Shown here one piece after another: positions 43,106 to 48,410 of a stretch of DNA of 48,410 bases. Origin of the DNA: an uncultured Erysipelotrichaceae bacterium. GTDB lineage: Bacteria; Bacillota_I; Bacilli_A; RFN20; CAG-449. Within the stretch, counting starts at the first letter, position 1, and each line of letters starts with the position of its first letter. The translations under genes were made by a program, and so were the position numbers. The stretch is taken from NCBI GenBank assembly GCA_964456095.1, contig CAYVZF010000003.1:1-48410 (forward strand), given 5' to 3'. Under the pieces are notes generated by a model. The model was not told where the DNA came from, did no database searches, and saw only the letters and a program-made list of their open reading frames with translations.

Positions 43106-43918
43106 GCATGAGTTAATGATACTTATTAGCCATCTTCTTTTTATGTGATAATCTATAGGATATTTTGAATCTAAATAATATGTTTGAAAATATTGTGAAA
43201 TGGATGTAAAACTAAGTAATAAAACAATGAATAATGATGATATTATGTCATCATTTTTTAATACTAAAAATGTTGAATATGAAAATTCAATAAAACATGT
43301 TAGTAAAGGACATTTTTCAAAAATTATGGGATTTGCACAAAATAGATAATTAAATAGTAAAGAGGTGCATAAAATTATAGATAATGTTTTAAAACTATCT
43401 TTTATTGAATCAAATAATATAGATTTTTTAATTTGTATTTCACTTATTTTTGATACTTTATTTATATTATTTTCTTTAAATAAGATATATATTAGTAATT
43501 CTCCTACATAATAAATAAATATAAAATAAACACCATTTAAAGAATGATATGTTAATGATAAATTATATAAAAATGGGAATGAAACACCACCAAATGAAGA
43601 GAAGAATATTTCTTTTTCTTTTTTTGTTATTATTTTTTGTTTTATCAATTCATTAAGAAATAGTATTGAAGAAGGACTACCAAGAAAAATAATAATAACA
43701 ATTATTAATAAATTTCTTATTTTACTGAATTTATTAATTATTTTAATAAAAAAGCCACATTTTAAAAAAATATTTGTTAATAAAAGCATCGGAAGTAAAG
43801 ATGGTATTATTTTAAAAATGAATGTATTAAAAATATCTGATGTTATTGTAATTATATTTGCATAATTTAATATGCATAAAAAAAAGAAAGGTATAAAAAT
43901 AATAATTAATTTTTTCAT
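43082..43918 (-). CDS. ylbJ: YlbJ-like sporulation integral membrane protein, short form (278 aa)
   Basis: Polytopic membrane protein convergent with coaD, as in Bacillus. KIIPSLLPMLLLTNIFLKCG resembles the YlbJ N-terminal block. 24-nt convergent overlap with coaD. Confidence 0.55.
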   Translation of the reverse strand: MKKLIIIFIPFFFLCILNYANIITITSDIFNTFIFKIIPSLLPMLLLTNIFLKCGFFIKIINKFSKIRNLLIIVIIIFLGSPSSILFLNELIKQKIITKKEKEIFFSSFGGVSFPFLYNLSLTYHSLNGVYFIFIYYVGELLIYILFKENNINKVSKISEIQIKKSILFDSIKDSFKTLSIILCTSLLFNYLFCANPIIFEKCPLLTCFIEFSYSTFLVLKNDDIISSLFIVLLLSFTSISQYFQTYYLDSKYPIDYHIKRRWLISIINSCLFFIFFY

Positions 43919-43955
43919 ACCTTAATTTATGTTTATTGCATTAATTTAATGAGTT

Positions 43956-44411
43956 TTAAATTTTAATTTTAAATACAGCTTTTTCTATTATTTCATCATT
44001 TACCTTTATTAAAGGCATATGAACATCATTTGGCCAAACAAGTGCAAATTGTTCATCGTGTAAAATTATTGTTCCATCTAAAGGTCCTTTATAATTTGTT
44101 TTGTCTTTTATTTTGTCGTAAGGTGCTGTTTCAACTAATCCTTCTCTTGATAAATCAACATAACCAAATCCTTCTTTACCTTTTATTACTAATTGTAAAT
44201 CTAAGTAGTTGTTATGATTTTCTAATTTACATTCATTTATATCTTTGCCAATATAACTAGATCTATTAACCCATACATTATCGCCATCTATTATTGTTTT
44301 GCCTTCTTTTAATGCTAATAAATCATTTGATTCAATAAATTCGAATGCTTTTTTGATGTTAGGATGAGTGAAATCCTTGCTTTTAAAATCTTTTATTTTA
44401 CCAATTATCAT
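43956..44411 (-). CDS. YhcH/YjgK/YiaL (DUF386, EbgC-like) family protein
   Basis: MIIGKIKDF..., ENHNNYLDLQLVIKGKEGFGY, about 150 aa. Divergent from nagB, consistent with amino-sugar/sialate metabolism. Confidence 0.7.
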   Translation of the reverse strand: MIIGKIKDFKSKDFTHPNIKKAFEFIESNDLLALKEGKTIIDGDNVWVNRSSYIGKDINECKLENHNNYLDLQLVIKGKEGFGYVDLSREGLVETAPYDKIKDKTNYKGPLDGTIILHDEQFALVWPNDVHMPLIKVNDEIIEKAVFKIKI

Positions 44412-44509
44412 TTTTCTACCTCTTTTCTTTTATAGTATAATTTTTTTATTTTATTACTTCAATGAATAAAATTATTATTTTACTAGTATAAATTATTGAG
44501 GGCAAATAG

Positions 44510-45223
44510 ATGAATATTGTTATAAAAAAACAAGAATTAATTAATGAGATTATTACAAAAGATATTTTTAATTTAATTTTAAAAAAAGATAATTGTGTTT
44601 TAGGTTTAGCAACAGGAACTACTCCACTTGGAGTATATAAAAGAATTTGTGATACATTTAAAGATAAAGTATCGTTTAAAAATGTTAAAACATTTAATCT
44701 TGATGAATATTATGGCTTAGATAAGAGTGATATTAATTCATATCACCATTTTATGTATGAAAATCTTTTCTCAAAAATTGATATTGATTTAAATAATACA
44801 TATTTTCCAAATGATATAGCTTGTAATAACTATTCTTTATATGATGAATTAATTAATAGTAATGGTGGAATTGATTATCAAATATTAGGTATAGGGAGAA
44901 ATGGTCATATTGGATTTAATGAACCTGGTACGTCTTTTTTATCTTTGACTCATATTAGTGAATTACAAGATTCAACAATAAATGATAATGCACGTTTTTT
45001 CTCAAGCAAAGATGATGTTCCTTCTAAAGCAATAACTATGGGATTAAAAAGTATTATGAATGCAAAGAAAATAGTTATTATTGCATTTGGAAAAAATAAA
45101 GCTCTCGCTATTAATAGGCTTATTAATGGACAAGTTGATGAAAAGATGCCTGCTTCAATTTTAAAGTATCATAAAAATGTTACATTGTTTTTGGATGAAG
45201 ATGCCGCAAAAAAGTTAAAGTAA
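44510..45223 (+). CDS. nagB: Glucosamine-6-phosphate deaminase
   Basis: GLATGTTPLGVYK, FNLDEY and LGIGRNGHIGFNEPG. Confidence 0.92.
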   Translation: MNIVIKKQELINEIITKDIFNLILKKDNCVLGLATGTTPLGVYKRICDTFKDKVSFKNVKTFNLDEYYGLDKSDINSYHHFMYENLFSKIDIDLNNTYFPNDIACNNYSLYDELINSNGGIDYQILGIGRNGHIGFNEPGTSFLSLTHISELQDSTINDNARFFSSKDDVPSKAITMGLKSIMNAKKIVIIAFGKNKALAINRLINGQVDEKMPASILKYHKNVTLFLDEDAAKKLK

Positions 45224-45336
45224 ATTAATTTGTAAAATTAATTTCTCCTAAAAAAATATAATAAAATCTCTTGTTTTTCTTTTCTTGATTTTTATTTATA
45301 TTTTGTATAACATTGTTTTGTTAGGAGGAGTTAATT

Positions 45337-46662
45337 TTGAAAAAAAGAAGATTGAATATTGCATCGAAATCACCTTTTATTGTTTTATTATGTGGTTTTG
45401 CTTTATTAATTTTATTTGGATCAATTTTGTTTATGCTTCCTTTTTCAACAAAAGCAAATCAAAGTATTTCATATATTGATGCTTTATTTTTATCAACTTC
45501 TGCAATATGTGTTACTGGACTTGTTTCTACTCCTGTTGCTCTAGCAGATTTATTATCTCCTTTTGGTATAATTATTTTAATGCTTTTACTTGAAATTGGT
45601 GGACTTGGGTTTATTACTCTTGTTACTTTTGCATTTTCATTTACAAAAAAGAAAGTCGGGGTATCCACTAATAAGTTATTAAAAGAGGCAATGAATCAAG
45701 ATTCATATAAAGAATTAATTCCACTTGCTAAAAAAATAGTTGTTGCGTCTTTAACTATTCAACTTATTGGAAGTATTTTGAATACTATAGCTTTTAAAAT
45801 TGAAGGATTTTCTTTTTTAGAATCTTTGTGGTATGGTATCTTTCATACAATTGCAGCATTTACTAATAGTGGTTTTGATATTTTAGGTAGTAGCTCGCTT
45901 ATTAATTATAAAAACAATTATTTATTAATGACTACTATATCTTCTTTAATTCTTTTTGGAGGATTAGGTTTTGTTGTTATTTTTGACGTATTAAAAAAGA
46001 GAAATTGGAAACGTTTAAGTGTCCATAGTAAAATTGTTTTAGAAATGACATTTGTTATTCTTGTCGCTGGTACAATACTTTTGAAATTAAGTGCTTATAA
46101 TGAAATTTCATGGTTAGATGCTTTTTATCAAGTTGTTTTTGCTCGTACTGCAGGATTCTATTCATGTGATTTATCTCTATTATCACATGGTTCTATTATA
46201 ATTATTATTGTTATAATGTTTATTGGTGCATCTCCTGCATCTATCGGTGGAGGTGTTAAAACAACAACAATATACACTATTGTGCGTTCGATTTTTTGCT
46301 TTGGGCGTGGAAAAGCTCACTTAATTGCACATAATAGAGAAATTAAATCTGATTCTATTTTAAAAAGTTATGTCCTTGTTACTGTTTCTTTATTATTTAT
46401 CGGTTTTATGTCTTTTTTATTAATTATGTTTCAACCAGAATTATCATTAAAAGCTGTTGTTTATGAAATAGTATCCGCATTTTCTACTTGTGGTTGTACA
46501 CTTGGTATTACTAGTTCATTAACTACAATTTCTAAATTAATTATTATTTTAGTTATGTATTTTGGTAGATTAGGTCCAATTACATTTATTTCATTACTTA
46601 ATAGAGGTATTCATGCAGATGAAAGAGTAAGATATATTGAAGAGAATATTATTATAGGATAA
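45337..46662 (+). CDS. ktrB: Ktr/Trk potassium uptake system, membrane subunit
   Basis: Four-fold MPM repeat with selectivity-filter Gly motifs (TGLVS, NSGFD, ARTAGF, CGCTLGI). TTG start 7 nt after GGAGGAG. Confidence 0.88.
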   Translation: MKKRRLNIASKSPFIVLLCGFALLILFGSILFMLPFSTKANQSISYIDALFLSTSAICVTGLVSTPVALADLLSPFGIIILMLLLEIGGLGFITLVTFAFSFTKKKVGVSTNKLLKEAMNQDSYKELIPLAKKIVVASLTIQLIGSILNTIAFKIEGFSFLESLWYGIFHTIAAFTNSGFDILGSSSLINYKNNYLLMTTISSLILFGGLGFVVIFDVLKKRNWKRLSVHSKIVLEMTFVILVAGTILLKLSAYNEISWLDAFYQVVFARTAGFYSCDLSLLSHGSIIIIIVIMFIGASPASIGGGVKTTTIYTIVRSIFCFGRGKAHLIAHNREIKSDSILKSYVLVTVSLLFIGFMSFLLIMFQPELSLKAVVYEIVSAFSTCGCTLGITSSLTTISKLIIILVMYFGRLGPITFISLLNRGIHADERVRYIEENIIIG

Positions 46663-46675
46663 AAAGGAGAAGAGT

Positions 46676-47326
46676 ATGAGTAAAAAAAGTTATGCAGTTA
46701 TTGGTTTAGGAAGATTTGGTCTTTCTTTGGTGGAAGAACTTTCTAAATATACTAATAATATTATTGCTATTGATAAAGATGAAAATAGTGTTAAAGTTGC
46801 AGGAGAATTTATAAATCAATGTTTTATATCCGATTCAACTGATGAAAAACAATTAAGAGATGTTGGAATTGATAATGTTTCACACGCTATTATATGCTTT
46901 GGTAGTAATTTTGAAGGAACAATTTTAACATTAGTTTCTTTGAAAAACATTGGTGTAGAAAAGATTACAGTGAGATGTGACAATGATTCTTATCTTCCTA
47001 TATTAAGTAAATTGGGCGCAACAGATATAGTATCTCCTCAAAAAATTGCCGGTATTAGACTTGCAAATAGAGTAGTCTCTAATTTATCTGATTATTTTAA
47101 TTTGACTGGTGATTTTTGTATTGTTGAAGTTACTGTTCCAAACACAATGAAAAAAGTTTCTATTTTAGATTTAGATAGCCGCAACAGATTTGGAGTTAAT
47201 ATTATTTTAATTAAAAGGGAAAAAGATTCTTTTGCACCTAAGGCAACAGATTATGTAAAACCGGGAGATCAACTTTTTGTTTTTGGATTAAAAAATCAAA
47301 TTCAAAAATTTACTGAATCACTATAA
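46676..47326 (+). CDS. ktrA: Ktr/Trk potassium uptake system, RCK/NAD-binding subunit
   Basis: VIGLGRFGLSL Rossmann motif plus a C-terminal TrkA_C domain. Confidence 0.9.
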   Translation: MSKKSYAVIGLGRFGLSLVEELSKYTNNIIAIDKDENSVKVAGEFINQCFISDSTDEKQLRDVGIDNVSHAIICFGSNFEGTILTLVSLKNIGVEKITVRCDNDSYLPILSKLGATDIVSPQKIAGIRLANRVVSNLSDYFNLTGDFCIVEVTVPNTMKKVSILDLDSRNRFGVNIILIKREKDSFAPKATDYVKPGDQLFVFGLKNQIQKFTESL

Positions 47327-47354
47327 ATATATTAGAAAGTGCTAAAAATTAATC

Positions 47355-47434
47355 ATTCTACATATAGTAGAAAAAGAAAATAGATTGGTAGAATTTTAAA
47401 TTGATGAGTTTATTTATTCTACTTATCTTTTTTT
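47355..47434 (+). promoter_or_regulatory. Second cluster of ATTCTAC / GTAGAA(T) repeats forming two hairpins (terminator, attenuator or operator)
   Basis: ATTCTAC 47355-47361, GTAGAA 47367-47372, GTAGAAT 47388-47394, ATTCTAC 47416-47422, then a T7 run at 47428-47434. Confidence 0.45.
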
Positions 47435-47461
47435 ATATTTTATTTGTGTGAGGTGATGAAA

Positions 47462-48112
47462 ATGAGTAAAAATGATGTTTATTATTCAAAAGGGGAAGAA
47501 ATATTTAATGGCGTTACACATATAATTGGTGGTGCACTTGGAATATTTACTTTAATTTATTTTATTATTTATAGTATATATGGTGGTGTTGATATTAATT
47601 TATTTGCTTTATTAGTATATAGTTTTACTTTAATTTTGCTTTATACTATTTCTACTTTATACCATATGCTTCATGTTTCAAAAGCTAAAAAAATATTTAG
47701 AATATTTGATCATTGTAGTATATATCTTTTAATTGCAGGAACATATACACCATATATTCTAATTGGTCTTAATAATAAAGCAGGGTATATTACTTTACTA
47801 TTTGTTTGGACTATTTCAATTTTAGGTATTGTATTGAATTCTATTAATATGCATAATTTTTGGATTAAAGTATTTTCTTATATATCTTATTTTGTATTAG
47901 GTTGGTGTATTATTCTTAATTGTAAAACATTAATTGAAAATATAGGGCAAATTTCTTTTCTTCTTTTATTAATAGGAGGTATAGCCTATACAATTGGAAT
48001 AATATTCTATGGATTTGGTAAAAAGAAAAAATGGTTTCATTCTATATGGCATTTATTTGTTTTAGTTGGTTCGATTTTACATTTTATTTCAATTATTTAT
48101 ATGATTATTTAA
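47462..48112 (+). CDS. Hemolysin III / PAQR family membrane protein
   Basis: 7-TM protein with EEIFNGVTHIIGG, STLYH, DHCSIYLLIAGTYTPY and HSIWHLFVL motifs. GAGGTGA SD before ATG 47462. Confidence 0.88.
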   Translation: MSKNDVYYSKGEEIFNGVTHIIGGALGIFTLIYFIIYSIYGGVDINLFALLVYSFTLILLYTISTLYHMLHVSKAKKIFRIFDHCSIYLLIAGTYTPYILIGLNNKAGYITLLFVWTISILGIVLNSINMHNFWIKVFSYISYFVLGWCIILNCKTLIENIGQISFLLLLIGGIAYTIGIIFYGFGKKKKWFHSIWHLFVLVGSILHFISIIYMII

Positions 48113-48305
48113 ATAGATCAAGTGGATTTAAATCATTTATTTATTAATAAATAATTAATTCAAGAAAAAAATTTATTCTATAAATGTTAAAGTAAGTAAT
48201 AAAAAATATTTATTTAATATATTATAGATTGAATTTTTTTTTGATTTTTAATATATTCTTTTTGTAGGTAATATCGTTATTTATTAACGAATAGAAGGAG
48301 ATATA

Positions 48306-48410
48306 ATGAAAAAAAATATAACATTTATTACGTGCTTTACAATAATTACATCTTTGATGTGGGGTTGTAACAACAATAATAATAACAATAGTTCCATTTT
48401 TAATAGTAAT
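48306..48410 (+). CDS. Lipoprotein, 5' partial (runs off the window)
   Basis: GAAGGAG SD, then MKKNITFITCFTIITSLMWGC with a lipobox, followed by an Asn/Ser-rich linker. Confidence 0.6.
   Translation, partial: MKKNITFITCFTIITSLMWGCNNNNNNNSSIFNSN

Noticed and set aside
45224-45336. Possible c-di-AMP (ydaO-type) riboswitch upstream of ktrB, and M-box upstream of mgtC (11062-11191).
   Set aside because: Both leaders are short, almost pure A/T, and lack the GC-rich conserved helices of those riboswitch classes.
1-48410. Possibility of Mollicutes-type code 4 (UGA = Trp), given the extreme AT content.
   Set aside because: TGA terminates well-defined genes at the expected length (for example dxr at 2982-2984, and the 10340-10726 ORF). 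All conserved proteins are full-length under the standard code.
1-48410. Search for CRISPR arrays, tRNA/rRNA genes, IS elements, integrases, and large direct or inverted repeats.
   Set aside because: I saw no regularly spaced repeats, no cloverleaf-like GC-rich segments and no transposase or recombinase ORFs. The FMN riboswitch is the only conspicuous structured-RNA signal.

Overview
This is a very AT-rich window, roughly 25-30% G+C by eye, read with the standard genetic code: TGA is used as a stop, for example at the end of dxr. It looks like chromosome from a low-GC, spore-forming Firmicute of Bacilli/Erysipelotrichia type rather than a code-4 Mollicute. Most of it is housekeeping backbone with Bacillus-like synteny: uppS-cdsA-dxr-rseP-polC, spoIVA-hup, a six-gene rnfCDGEAB cluster, metK, hpf, apbE, CYTH/nadK, maf-rnj-def, ylbD-ylbE-ylbF-rsmD-coaD/ylbJ, nagB, ktrBA and hlyIII. 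A clear FMN riboswitch precedes a RibU-type riboflavin transporter. I saw no tRNA, rRNA, CRISPR array, transposase or integrase.

The parts worth a second look are:
- **Accessory islet (about 8.5-11.1 kb), just after polC.** It holds an XRE regulator, a cytoplasmic zinc-ribbon/LRR protein, and a separately promoted, translationally coupled gene pair with toxin/immunity architecture.
- **Atypical Rnf cluster.** RnfD is fused to a lipobox plus an FMN_bind-like domain, RnfG has a non-canonical flavinylation motif, RnfE has a Lys-rich tail, and a minimal 107-aa RnfB is bracketed by a Cys-rich microprotein and a TSCPD protein.
- **Shared motif.** An ATTCTAC/GTAGAA motif is clustered in two distant intergenic regions.
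- **Small orphans.** These include a 176-aa mini-kinase, a Cys-less membrane-anchored EIIB-like domain, Tyr/Pro-rich and YjcZ-like putative spore proteins, and an HEXXH orphan with a 2-TM partner.

All functional calls rest on motif recognition by eye. No database search was run.
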